From the NCBI GenBank assembly GCA_038207335.1, contig JBBQZX010000006.1, positions 96,001-160,000 on the forward strand: 64,000 nt of DNA, written 5' to 3'. The position numbers and the translations under genes were made by a program. Positions within the stretch are counted from its first letter, which is position 1, and each line of letters starts with the position of its first letter. Below, piece by piece: positions 17,524-27,054 of the stretch. Source of the DNA: Chthoniobacterales bacterium (lineage in GTDB: Bacteria; Verrucomicrobiota; Verrucomicrobiia; Chthoniobacterales; Chthoniobacteraceae). The notes beneath the pieces were generated by a model. It was given only the letters and a program-made list of their open reading frames with translations. It was not told where the DNA came from and did not search any database.

Positions 17524-18316
17524 ACCTGTCTGCCAGCCCGCCGTCCGCGCCGATGCGCCCGTGCTTTCCGCCCGCGATGTGTCGGTCACGGCGAATGGAA
17601 AGCCACTGCTGCGAAACGTGCGATTCGATGTCCGCGCAGGTCAGGTTTTCGGAATCATTGGCCCATCCGGCGCAGGGAAGAGCACGCTGTTGCGGACGCT
17701 GAACCGGCTTGTGGACTTGATTCCCGCGCTGCGCGTGAGCGGCGACGTGCGGCTGCGCGGCGAGTCGATTTACGCGCCGGGCGTAGATGTGAATGCGTTG
17801 CGCGTCCGCATCGGGATGCTGTTTCAGCAGCCCGTGGTCTTCCCCGGCAGCATCGGAGAGAACGTGCTTTTCGGGGCGAAACGGCTTCGGCGGCTCGGGC
17901 GCGAGGAGCGGCACGCTCTGGTCGAGAGCGCGCTGCGCGAAGCGGCGCTTTGGGATGAAGTAAAGGACCGTCTCCGCCATTCGGCGTTCGCACTTTCCGT
18001 CGGGCAGCAGCAGCGACTCTGCCTGGCGCGAGCGCTGGCGGTGCAGCCCGAGGTTCTGCTGATGGACGAGCCGACGAGCGCGCTCGACCCGCGCTCCACG
18101 GCGGCGATTGAGGAACTCATCACACGGCTGCGCGAACGGCACACGATCGTGCTAGTCACGCACAACGTCGCGCAGGCGCGGCGCGTCACCGACTGGATCG
18201 CGTGCGTCTGCGTACGCGACGGGGCGGGGGAGATCGTGGAAAGCGCGTGCTGCGACGCGGTGCTGGACAATCCGCAATGCCGCGAGGTGATCGAGTACCT
18301 CGAACACGCGGGGTGA
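17516..18316 (+). CDS. pstB: PstB-like ABC ATPase with Cys-rich C-terminus
   Basis: Walker A GPSGAGKST, LRVRIGMLFQQP, LSVGQQQRLCLARALA, LLMDEPTSALDP and VTHN; tail ACVC...ACC...QC. Confidence 0.85.
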   Translation: MSEPVCQPAVRADAPVLSARDVSVTANGKPLLRNVRFDVRAGQVFGIIGPSGAGKSTLLRTLNRLVDLIPALRVSGDVRLRGESIYAPGVDVNALRVRIGMLFQQPVVFPGSIGENVLFGAKRLRRLGREERHALVESALREAALWDEVKDRLRHSAFALSVGQQQRLCLARALAVQPEVLLMDEPTSALDPRSTAAIEELITRLRERHTIVLVTHNVAQARRVTDWIACVCVRDGAGEIVESACCDAVLDNPQCREVIEYLEHAG

Positions 18317-18328
18317 GCGCAGCGCGGG

Positions 18329-19057
18329 CTACTTCACGAATATTTCGGGCTCTTCGTGCCAGACGTGTTCGATTTCACGCATGATGAGGGCGTGATCGAA
18401 TGTGACGCTTCCGGACGGGAAGACAGGTTCGTCGGCGAAAAAGGACGTTGCGATGTGATCGATGGCGAGAGGGCGGACATTCCAGTCGTCGATTTCGAGG
18501 CGAAGGCCATCCAATCGGCAACCGGCGCGCGTGGCGGAATATCCGACGCTGCCGCCCTCGAAAAACTCCGACGACGCGGCCAGCGAATCGAAGCATGAAG
18601 ACGCTGGAAATGAATCGGTCTCGTGAGCACGAATCTCCGCTGTCATGCCGTGATCGCGTGCGCGGATGGACATGGAAATCTGCGAGCCGTCGTCGGTGAC
18701 CGCGAACTCAGCGAGATGATGCTCGCCGGGGAAAATGCGACCGCCCGTGAAATGATTGAGGCGCGAATCGGTGTCGCGGCGCGGAATGTAAACGCCCTCG
18801 CGAGTTTCGCCGGTACGCGTCTCCCACTGCACGGCGATGCGATGGGCTGCGTTCTCGCTGGAGATGCCGCAGAGGCGCGGCAGCCACGCGGGGCGAACCT
18901 GCTCCAGGCGGATGAGACAGATGCCGGCGATGGCGTTTCCGCGATGAAGTTTCGGACGAAAGGGAGAGGGCAAAAAGCGCCCCATGACTTCCGCATCCAC
19001 GCGAAAATTCGCGAGTATTCTGCGACGAATTAGCCCGTGAATGACTGGCAGTCGCAT
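18329..19057 (-). CDS. DUF2071-family protein
   Basis: RRILANFRVD...LPSPFRP...AGICLIRL...SENAAHRIAV...GVYIPRRDTDS. Confidence 0.75.
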   Translation of the reverse strand: MRLPVIHGLIRRRILANFRVDAEVMGRFLPSPFRPKLHRGNAIAGICLIRLEQVRPAWLPRLCGISSENAAHRIAVQWETRTGETREGVYIPRRDTDSRLNHFTGGRIFPGEHHLAEFAVTDDGSQISMSIRARDHGMTAEIRAHETDSFPASSCFDSLAASSEFFEGGSVGYSATRAGCRLDGLRLEIDDWNVRPLAIDHIATSFFADEPVFPSGSVTFDHALIMREIEHVWHEEPEIFVK

Positions 19058-19087
19058 CACAGATCTTCGCCGCTTTTCGAGCGTTTG

Positions 19088-19957
19088 CTACTTCACGAAG
19101 CCCTGCACCTTTAACCAGTAAAGGCAGTCGTTCGTCCACGGGTGCAGGACGCCGTCCTTGCCGCCGAGGCCCATGCCGTGGCCGCCTTTTTCGTAGATGT
19201 GCAGGTCGAATTTCACCCCGGCGCGGCGCAGCGCGGCGGCGAAGTCGAGGGAGTTCTCGACCTTCACCGCGCCGTCCTCCCACGTGTGCCAGATGAAGCA
19301 CGGCGGGGTCTGCGGCGTGACTTGTTTTTCGTTGGAGAGGAGTTCGATCAGTGCGGGGTCTGGCTCGTTGCCGAGGAGATTTTGACGGGAGCCGGCGTGG
19401 GTCGTCGGGCCCATCGAGATGACGGCGTAGCAGAGGATGCCGCAGTCGGGACGCGAGCTTTCGCGCTCGACCGGGTCGGTGGCGTCGGCTTTTCCGGCAT
19501 CGAAATGCGTGAGCAATGTGGACGCGAGATGCCCGCCAGCGCTTGATCCCATGACTCCGACGCGCTTCGGGTCGATCTTCCACTCGGCGGCTTTGGAGCG
19601 CAAAAGGCGGATGCCGCGCGAGGCGTCGTTCAGCATCGCCGGGTGATGGTAGCCGCCGGGGCCGAGCCGATATTTCAGCACGATGCCGGCGACGCCGTGG
19701 TCGGCTAGCCACTCGGCGTAGCCTGCGCCTTCATGCGGCGCGAGCCCTCCGTAACCGCCGCCGGGGCAGATGAGCATTGCGGCGCCCGTCGCCTTTTCCG
19801 GCGAAGGGAGGAAGGCGGTGAGGGTCGGGATGTCTTTGTCGGCGGTGCCGAGTGCGCCGGGCGCGCCATCGGGCCAGAGCGGGATGGGGGCAAGCGGCGC
19901 GGATTGGGCTGCGGAGGCTGCAATCATCAGGGTGGCGAGGAGGGCGGGGATTTTCAT
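19088..19957 (-). CDS. Secreted alpha/beta hydrolase (carbohydrate esterase-like)
   Basis: Signal peptide; CPGGGY, GSSAGGHLA nucleophile elbow, D..V and GGHG. Confidence 0.88.
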   Translation of the reverse strand: MKIPALLATLMIAASAAQSAPLAPIPLWPDGAPGALGTADKDIPTLTAFLPSPEKATGAAMLICPGGGYGGLAPHEGAGYAEWLADHGVAGIVLKYRLGPGGYHHPAMLNDASRGIRLLRSKAAEWKIDPKRVGVMGSSAGGHLASTLLTHFDAGKADATDPVERESSRPDCGILCYAVISMGPTTHAGSRQNLLGNEPDPALIELLSNEKQVTPQTPPCFIWHTWEDGAVKVENSLDFAAALRRAGVKFDLHIYEKGGHGMGLGGKDGVLHPWTNDCLYWLKVQGFVK

Positions 19958-20484
19958 GCGGGTTGTTTGTTTGATCGAAGAAATAGCGAAGCGAGTGCGA
20001 CAGAGGCGGATGGGAGCCAAATCCATTTCAGCTCGGAGAGGAATACTGACAATCCGCGGGCGGAGAAGAAGCCCGCGCCGATGGGCGAGACTTCGATCGG
20101 TGTGTCGGGGAAAAAGAAACGCTCGTTTGAGAAGGGCCAGAGCAGCGCGATGCCGAGTCCGCCGTCGGTCAGCATGTCGATGAGCGGATGCGAAATCGTG
20201 GCAATGAACAGGTAGGCGAAGAGCAGCCCGCGGGCGGCAAATCTCCGCCACTCGCAGAGCGTGAAGATAGCGGCGATGGCGAGCGCGAAGACGATAGAAT
20301 GCGTCGCGCCACGGTGGCCGAAAGGCGACGCGTAGGGAATTCGCAGGACGAACGAAACGACATCGGCATCGGGCGCAATGGACGCGATGGCGCCGAGCAC
20401 CCAGTAGCGCGGCGGCAACCGTCGCGGGCCGAGCACGCAGCCGAGCGCGAGCGGGATCGCGGGATGGCTGAGGATCGAGGCCAC
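19954..20484 (-). CDS. YbcI/YdjM-like membrane metal-dependent hydrolase
   Basis: PDADV, GHRGATHS and SHPLIDMLTDGGLG motifs. Confidence 0.85.
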   Translation of the reverse strand: MASILSHPAIPLALGCVLGPRRLPPRYWVLGAIASIAPDADVVSFVLRIPYASPFGHRGATHSIVFALAIAAIFTLCEWRRFAARGLLFAYLFIATISHPLIDMLTDGGLGIALLWPFSNERFFFPDTPIEVSPIGAGFFSARGLSVFLSELKWIWLPSASVALASLFLRSNKQPA

Positions 20485-20493
20485 ACGCGGCTT

Positions 20494-21954
20494 TTAGACC
20501 GTCGCGGGGACGATGAAGGGAGCGCGGTATTCGCGGGTGAGGAGCTTGTCGGCTTCGGGGCTGCCGGTGAATTTTTCGGTCGCCGTGTCCATCTTCAAAA
20601 ACTCCCCGAGCGCGAGTTGATCGACTTTCAGATCCACGTCATTCGCGGCGAGATGCGCGGCGAGCCGGTCGAAGGAATCCATCGCCTCTTTGTTGCCCTT
20701 GAGCTTTTCGGCGATCGCGTCGGGACCGAGTTTTTTGCCGAGGCGGACGGAGATGTTGCCGGTGTGGCAGAGCGCGCTGGAGATGTGGCCGTCGAGGATC
20801 TTGCCGTGGAGGTCCGCGGCTTTCCGGCTGCGGACTACGTCGAGGAAATTCGCGTAATGATTCTCCGCGTTGGCAGGCGCGTCTTTGCCTTTGGCGAATT
20901 TCTGAATCTCTTTCCCGTCCGCGTCGAAGGCGACCGCGTCGGTGTAATTTGGCACGAGGATGTGCCCCTTTTCATACTGAACGACGACGCCCACACTGGC
21001 GCCGCGGTATTTGTCCATTTCCTTCGAGTCGGTCTTCGATGGCAGCCCGCGCACCTCGAAGATGAGCGGCGCTTTTGCGTAGTCCTGAAACACGAACATC
21101 GAGTTCGGAGTCTCGCCGTCGTCGATGTATCCGAGCCTGCCGCCGACAGAGAAGACCTTTGGCGCGAGCGCCTGCTCGCCGGTGAAACGGCGCGCGATAT
21201 CCATCTGGTGGATGCCTTGGTTGCCGAGGTCGCCGTTGCCCGTATTCCAGACCCAATGCCAGTCGTAGTGCAGGTTCTTGCGGTGAAGATCGAGCTTCTC
21301 CGCGGGGCCGCACCACAGATCGTAGTCCACCGTTTCCGGCACCGGCTGCGCGCCTTCGGTTTTGCCGATGCTCGCGCGGCGTTTGTAGCAGAGCCCGCGC
21401 GCATATTTCAACGCGCCAAGGTGCCCGGCATTCGCCCACTCGATTGCCTCGGCGATGCCGATGGCCGAGCGGCTTTGCACGCCCATTTGCACGATGCGCT
21501 CGTGCTTCGCCGCCGCTTTTACGAGCTGCCGACCCTCCCACACGTTGTGCGAGACGGGCTTCTCGACATACACATCCTTGCCCGCTTGGATCGCCCAGAT
21601 CGCCGCGAGCGAATGCCAGTGATTCGGCGTGGCGATGGAAACGACATCGATCTCTTTGCTCTCGAGCAGCTTTCGCAGGTCCTGAAACGGCGTCACTTCC
21701 TGCCCCTTTGCCTTGAGCTGCGCGACGCCCTTTTCGAGCACCTTCGAATCGACATCGCACAGCGCTACGATGCGCGCGCCCTTTTGCTTGAGGTAGTTGC
21801 CGATGTGGTCCTGCCCGCGGCCATTGAAGCCGATGACGGCGATGCGGATGTCGCCATTTGCGCCCTCACTCGCGGCGCGCAGGCGCGGCGAGAGGGAGAG
21901 GGCGGCGGTGAAAAGGAGGGAGGTTTTGAGGAAGTCGCGGCGTGTGGGGTTCAT
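20494..21954 (-). CDS. Tat-exported Gfo/Idh/MocA-family oxidoreductase
   Basis: TRRDFLK Tat motif; IAVIGFNGRG, ATPNHWH, DVYVEKPVSH, DYDLWCGPA and GNQGIHQMD motifs. Confidence 0.9.
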   Translation of the reverse strand: MNPTRRDFLKTSLLFTAALSLSPRLRAASEGANGDIRIAVIGFNGRGQDHIGNYLKQKGARIVALCDVDSKVLEKGVAQLKAKGQEVTPFQDLRKLLESKEIDVVSIATPNHWHSLAAIWAIQAGKDVYVEKPVSHNVWEGRQLVKAAAKHERIVQMGVQSRSAIGIAEAIEWANAGHLGALKYARGLCYKRRASIGKTEGAQPVPETVDYDLWCGPAEKLDLHRKNLHYDWHWVWNTGNGDLGNQGIHQMDIARRFTGEQALAPKVFSVGGRLGYIDDGETPNSMFVFQDYAKAPLIFEVRGLPSKTDSKEMDKYRGASVGVVVQYEKGHILVPNYTDAVAFDADGKEIQKFAKGKDAPANAENHYANFLDVVRSRKAADLHGKILDGHISSALCHTGNISVRLGKKLGPDAIAEKLKGNKEAMDSFDRLAAHLAANDVDLKVDQLALGEFLKMDTATEKFTGSPEADKLLTREYRAPFIVPATV

Positions 21955-21960
21955 GGTGGG

Positions 21961-22929
21961 TTACTTGGTAAAAGTAGCAAATTGCTCTGCGATCTTCGCA
22001 GCCGCGGCGTCGCCGGGGTGGAGGATGATGCGGTAGCGGAAGGTGACGTTTTTCCCAGCCTCCACCTTGAAGTCGCCCGCGCCTTTGGCCTTTGTTTTGT
22101 CCATCTCTGCCTCGCAGAAGGGGTTCGCAGCGAAGAGGCCGTAGTCGCGCGCGTGCCAGCGCGGCGGGTGGCGCGGATTGCGCGGGTCGTCGAACAGCGC
22201 GATGCCGACGGTCTTGCCGTCGACGGGGCCCGACATATCGACCCACGCCGCGTGTTCGCCCCAGACTTTGTCATCTGCCACGCCTTCGCTGTTGATGATG
22301 TGGCCTTCGCCGGGCTTCTTTTTCGGCTGCGCGAGGCGCATGGATTCGGCGATTCGCAGGGCCATCGTGCCTTCCTTTGTATCGCCGAAGATCACGTCTT
22401 TTTCGCCGGCTGTGAGCTCCACGGTGAAGTCGATCACGCGCTCGTCATCCGGGCCTTTGGAAACTTGGAAAGTCTGCACGCTGGTGAGAGGGACGGTGTC
22501 GTCGGGGGCGACCCATTTTAAAGAATCGCGGATGGTGGCGTCTCTCGGCCCGCCTTTGAGTTCGAGGAATTTCTCGTGCTCGATTTTGCCGGTCGGGTGG
22601 CCCTTGCCGTTGCCGAAGCTCTTCGATTCGGCCCAGAAATCGACGCCATTGAGGTCGCCGTGAGCGAACCAGAGGGAGCGGTGGTGCGGGTGGTCGTGCT
22701 CCTCGCCGGGAACATCTTGCATAGGCCACGAGCGTGTCATTTTCACCCCACCGGGTCCGATCAATGGCCAGAAATAAACGTGCTGCGCGCCAGAGTAGCA
22801 GTATTCGGTGAAGAGTTGGCCGTCGATTTCGACGCGGACTTTGCCGTCGGCGTCCTTCACCGTGATGTCGGCGCGGGCGAGGGGAGTGGCGAGCATGAGG
22901 ACGGCGGCGAGGCAGGCAGGGAGGCGCAT
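21961..22929 (-). CDS. Secreted PF14100 ('PmoA' family)/DUF6807-type protein
   Basis: Signal peptide; DHPHHRSLWF, FGDTKEG and WHARDYGLFAANPF motifs. Not a true methane monooxygenase subunit. Confidence 0.75.
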   Translation of the reverse strand: MRLPACLAAVLMLATPLARADITVKDADGKVRVEIDGQLFTEYCYSGAQHVYFWPLIGPGGVKMTRSWPMQDVPGEEHDHPHHRSLWFAHGDLNGVDFWAESKSFGNGKGHPTGKIEHEKFLELKGGPRDATIRDSLKWVAPDDTVPLTSVQTFQVSKGPDDERVIDFTVELTAGEKDVIFGDTKEGTMALRIAESMRLAQPKKKPGEGHIINSEGVADDKVWGEHAAWVDMSGPVDGKTVGIALFDDPRNPRHPPRWHARDYGLFAANPFCEAEMDKTKAKGAGDFKVEAGKNVTFRYRIILHPGDAAAAKIAEQFATFTK

Positions 22930-23058
22930 GGGGGAGTGGAAAGTGTGACGATGCAAACCGCGAGGCGAGCGATTTGTTTGCGGAGAAAAGTGGCGGGGCA
23001 TCCTCGAATGCGCTCACCGGCCTAAGCTCACGGCGCTCGCGAGATTGTTGCAGTTCCC

Positions 23059-26000
23059 ATGCGTGCCATTTTTCTCATCCTCGCCACTGCCGCCGTCCTC
23101 CACGCGGAGACGCCGACCCCTCCGCTCGTCGCCGATACCGCGCTGCGGATCGAAGCGGTCGCTACTTTTCCCGATGTGGAGGCCAGCACGACGGTCTGCG
23201 GGGGGCCGGACGGCGCGATCTACGCGGGGAATGATCCGCGCGATGGGCACCTCTCCACGGCGAAGCCCGAGGCGAGCATCGTGCGCTTCGGCCCCATAGA
23301 ATCGCCGGACCTCCTCCGCCTGCCCGATGGCAAGTTCGCGCCGCCCGGCCCGCCGCACCGCAAGCGCACGATTTTCGCCGACAAAATCTACTCGCCGGCG
23401 GGCAGCGCGTGGCACGACGGATACCTTTACGTGCTGCACGATCCGATGCTCACGCGCTTCAAGGACACCAATGGCGACGGCGTGGCCGATGTGCGGGAAG
23501 ACCTCGTGACGGGCATCGGCCTGCCGCCTTACGACGGGCTGAACGATCACGTCGTCTCCGGCTTCACGCTCGGGATGGATGGGTTCTTTTACATCAGCGT
23601 CGGCGACCGGGGTATTTATAAGGCAGTGGCTCGCGACGGCTCCACGATCACCATGCAGGGCGGGGGGATCGTCCGCGTGCGCACGGATGGCACGCAGCTC
23701 GAGATTTTCTCCACCGGCACGCGAAATCATCTCGAAGTGAATCTCGACGCGGAGGACAACGCCTTCACGCGGGACAACACCGACGACGGCAACGGCTGGT
23801 GGACGCGACTCACGCACCACATCGAGGGCGGCTATTACGGGTATCCTTTCGACTTCCGCAAGATCGCCAACTACGGGGTTGCGCAGCCGAGCCCGCAGAC
23901 GCTCGACGCTATCAAGCAGCACGGCGGCACGATCGACCGCACGGCCACGATGTTGGATGGGCGAAAAGTAAGCGATGTCGTTCCAGGCGCGGACAGCGCC
24001 GTGGCGCCGAACAACAAATTCCTCCCCGCGATGGCGGACTTCGGCGGCGGCTCTCCGACGGGCGGACTGTGCTATCTCAGCGACGGGCTCCCGGAGAAAT
24101 ATCGCGGGCGGCATTTTTTCAGCGAGTGGGGAAAGGGGGGCGTCTTCGTGTCTGAGGTGGCGCGCGATGGAGCGACGTTCAAGCTCGTGAGCGACATGAA
24201 ACTGATCGAGCCGGAGAAAGGCGGGGATTTTCGCCCGATGCAGCTCAGCGTCGCCGCCGACGGTTCGCTGCTCATCGCTGACTGGGGCTACGGCGGCTGG
24301 AAAAGCCCGAAGCGCACGGGGGCCATCTGGCGTGCCTATTGGCCGGAGGCGCATCCCGCGTCGCGTCTCGGAGATGAGAGCAAGGCGACGACCGAGCAGC
24401 TCATCGCGGCGCTCGCGCATCCTGATCGTGATCAGCGGCTGCGGGCGGAGTATGCGCTGGCGGCGAAAGGCAGATCTGTCGCGGAGAAAGTGGCGGCTGC
24501 CTTGAAAGACGAGCGCGCTCCGATTGAGCAGCGCACTCATGCGCTGTGGGTCTTGGAGGAAATCGCGCGCGGCTCGGGCTCCACCGCAGCCGCTCCCGCG
24601 CTCGCCCGCTCGCAGCCCGGGGGTCTCGTGGATGTTCGTCGAGATTCGCCCGCAAATGCCGCGACCTCGCCCGAGCAAGCGCTCGCGCCTTTGATCGAAG
24701 CTCTCCGATCCCCGGCCACCGCCGCGCAGGCTGCACGGGCGCTTGGCGAGTTGCGCGCGGCGTCTGCTCTTCCCGCGTTTGCGTCCGTATTTCCCAAAGC
24801 CGCCCCGGAAGTCCGTCGCGCGATCCTCACCGCTATCGCCCGCATCGGTCGCGACCCCGGCATCGATCTCGCGGGCGCGCTCACGGACTCGGACCCATGG
24901 GTGCGCTTCACTGCGCGCCGCACGATCCAGAGTCTCGGAGCGTGGGCGAGCATCGCTCCTGCCTTGCGCGATCCCGCGAATCCTCTTTTCGAAGCCGCGT
25001 GGGAGACCGCCAGCGGCGTCTTCGATCCCGGTTTGGTGGAAATGTTCACCACTCTCCGCGATGCAGCACGGCCGGTCCGCGTCCGCGCCACTGCCGCTCT
25101 CGGGCGCATCGCGCTGAAGCCCGCGCCGTACGAGGGCCACTGGTGGGGCACGCAGCCGGTCAAGTCCCCGCTGCCGCCCGCGCCTCTCGCATGGGCGGAA
25201 ACCCCGCGCGCCATCGGCGCACTCACGGCGGCGCTCGACGACGCCGCGCCGGAGGTGCGACTCGCGGCGGCGCTGGCGTTCACGGAGTTCGTGCTCGGCG
25301 GGGAAAAGTCGGACGCGCTGGCGGCTTTACGGACGCGACTTTCACTGGAAAAGGAACCGTCGGTGCGGCGGCAGCTCATCGAGGCGCTCGGCGTTCAGAA
25401 GGACCCGGCGGCGGCGGAGACTTTTCGGAAGATCGCGCTGGATGCGGGGGCGGAGCCGGAGTTCCGCGAGGCGGCCATCGCGGCCATCGTGGGGATCGGT
25501 GGCGATGATGCGAAGAAGACCATCGCGCAGATCGCGGGCGCTTCACTTTCGGCCGCCGCCACCCGCAGCGTGATCGTCGCCGCCGGGGACCTGCGCGTGG
25601 TTGAGGCCGCGCCCGCCCTAGTCGCCCACCTCACTGATCCGAACGCCGGGAACCGCGAAGCTGCCGCGCATTCGCTCGGGCAGATCGGCGCGAAATCAGG
25701 TGCGGGTGCGGCGTTGATCGGCACTCTGGACGACAAGGACGGCAAGGTGGCAACCGCCGCCGTCATCGCGCTCGGCGACCTGCGGGAAAAGAGCGCGATC
25801 CCGGCGCTTATCGCGCTCGCCGAGAAGCACAAATCGCAACGGGAGGTAATCGCGGCGCTCGCCTCGATGCCTGATCCGAGCGCGATCCCGGTGCTCGTTG
25901 AGACGCTGAGGAGCAAGGATGCTGGCCAGAGGCGCAGTGCGATCAAGGCGCTCAAGACGATGCGCGCCGAGGCGATGCCGGCGGTGCAAGCGCTGCTCGC

Positions 26001-27042
26001 GAGCGGGCGTGTGCCGCTGGAGCTGGCACCGGAAATCCAGCAGGCATTTGAGGGCGGCGCGATCGCGCAGTGGAAGATGATCGGGCCATTTGAGAACGTC
26101 TGGGAAGCGGTGCATCCGCCCGAAACCGACGCGCTCGCCGGCGACGCGTTCCTTTCCAAAAAATACGTGAACGCCGAGGGCAAGGAAGTCGGCTGGAGCG
26201 ACGTGAGCGCGGACTCCGACGGGCGGGTGAATATGGAGCGCGTCTTCCACACGAACGCGATGGTGTGCGCCTACGCGGTGGCGGAAATCACCGCGAGCGA
26301 GGCGGCGAGTACGAAGCTCTTCCTCGGCGTCGATGACCAAATGGCTGTGTGGCTCAATGGCAAGCGCGTCTATGACAGTGGGCCGGCGAGTGGCGGCTTC
26401 GAGATGGACAAGACCGAGGTGCCGCTGGAGCTGGTCGCGGGGAAGAACACGCTGCTGCTGAAGATCGGGAATGTGGGCGGCGGGTGGGAGTTCGCCGCGC
26501 GCGTCCCCGGCCTGAACGGCCTCACTTTCACAAAGAGCAAAGAACCGACGGCGGAGGAAAAGCAGCGCGTCTATGCGATGACCGCAAAGCCCGACGGTGC
26601 GTGGGAGCACGCTGGCGACGCGGCGCGCGGCGCGAAGATTTTCGCCGACCCGGCGGGGCCGCTCGCGGGCATCTGCGCGACCTGCCACGCGGTGAAGGGC
26701 AAAGGCGGGCAGGTCGGCCCCGACCTCGGCGCGGTGGCGGTGAACTACAAGCGGCCCGACCTGATTGTCTCTATCCACGAGCCGAGTAAAACCATCGCGC
26801 TGGGCTTTGAGCAGGTGATGGTCGAGACGAAAGCCGGCGACACGGTTCTCGGCGCGCTCCGCTCGGAGACGCCGGACGCGCTGACGCTGCTGGGCGCCGA
26901 TGCTGCGCCGCATGTGGTGAAAGTCGCGGACATTAAGACGCGCGCCCCAGTCCCGATCTCGCTCATGCCACCCGGCCTCACGCTCGGCCTCACGCCGGAG
27001 CAATTCGTAGATCTGCTGGCATTTCTCGAAACCATGAAGTAG
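23059..27042 (+). CDS. PVC-type membrane-bound dehydrogenase-like protein: beta-propeller + HEAT repeats + beta-sandwich + c-type heme domain
   Basis: FKDTNGDGVAD and GMDGFFYISVGD propeller; HEAT-like repeats; WKMIGPF...VWLNG sandwich; CATCH, VGPDL and SLMPPGL heme domain. Confidence 0.88.
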   Translation: MRAIFLILATAAVLHAETPTPPLVADTALRIEAVATFPDVEASTTVCGGPDGAIYAGNDPRDGHLSTAKPEASIVRFGPIESPDLLRLPDGKFAPPGPPHRKRTIFADKIYSPAGSAWHDGYLYVLHDPMLTRFKDTNGDGVADVREDLVTGIGLPPYDGLNDHVVSGFTLGMDGFFYISVGDRGIYKAVARDGSTITMQGGGIVRVRTDGTQLEIFSTGTRNHLEVNLDAEDNAFTRDNTDDGNGWWTRLTHHIEGGYYGYPFDFRKIANYGVAQPSPQTLDAIKQHGGTIDRTATMLDGRKVSDVVPGADSAVAPNNKFLPAMADFGGGSPTGGLCYLSDGLPEKYRGRHFFSEWGKGGVFVSEVARDGATFKLVSDMKLIEPEKGGDFRPMQLSVAADGSLLIADWGYGGWKSPKRTGAIWRAYWPEAHPASRLGDESKATTEQLIAALAHPDRDQRLRAEYALAAKGRSVAEKVAAALKDERAPIEQRTHALWVLEEIARGSGSTAAAPALARSQPGGLVDVRRDSPANAATSPEQALAPLIEALRSPATAAQAARALGELRAASALPAFASVFPKAAPEVRRAILTAIARIGRDPGIDLAGALTDSDPWVRFTARRTIQSLGAWASIAPALRDPANPLFEAAWETASGVFDPGLVEMFTTLRDAARPVRVRATAALGRIALKPAPYEGHWWGTQPVKSPLPPAPLAWAETPRAIGALTAALDDAAPEVRLAAALAFTEFVLGGEKSDALAALRTRLSLEKEPSVRRQLIEALGVQKDPAAAETFRKIALDAGAEPEFREAAIAAIVGIGGDDAKKTIAQIAGASLSAAATRSVIVAAGDLRVVEAAPALVAHLTDPNAGNREAAAHSLGQIGAKSGAGAALIGTLDDKDGKVATAAVIALGDLREKSAIPALIALAEKHKSQREVIAALASMPDPSAIPVLVETLRSKDAGQRRSAIKALKTMRAEAMPAVQALLASGRVPLELAPEIQQAFEGGAIAQWKMIGPFENVWEAVHPPETDALAGDAFLSKKYVNAEGKEVGWSDVSADSDGRVNMERVFHTNAMVCAYAVAEITASEAASTKLFLGVDDQMAVWLNGKRVYDSGPASGGFEMDKTEVPLELVAGKNTLLLKIGNVGGGWEFAARVPGLNGLTFTKSKEPTAEEKQRVYAMTAKPDGAWEHAGDAARGAKIFADPAGPLAGICATCHAVKGKGGQVGPDLGAVAVNYKRPDLIVSIHEPSKTIALGFEQVMVETKAGDTVLGALRSETPDALTLLGADAAPHVVKVADIKTRAPVPISLMPPGLTLGLTPEQFVDLLAFLETMK

Positions 27043-27054
27043 CCCGTCCTGCTT

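Noticed and set aside
21961..22929. Particulate methane monooxygenase
   Set aside because: It is a soluble secreted protein with no pmoB/pmoC neighbours; the family name is misleading.
20188..25140. Long antisense ORFs (e.g. 20188-22521 +, 23014-25140 -; likewise 37342-39876 +)
   Set aside because: Shadow frames of high-GC genes that have clear motifs on the opposite strand.
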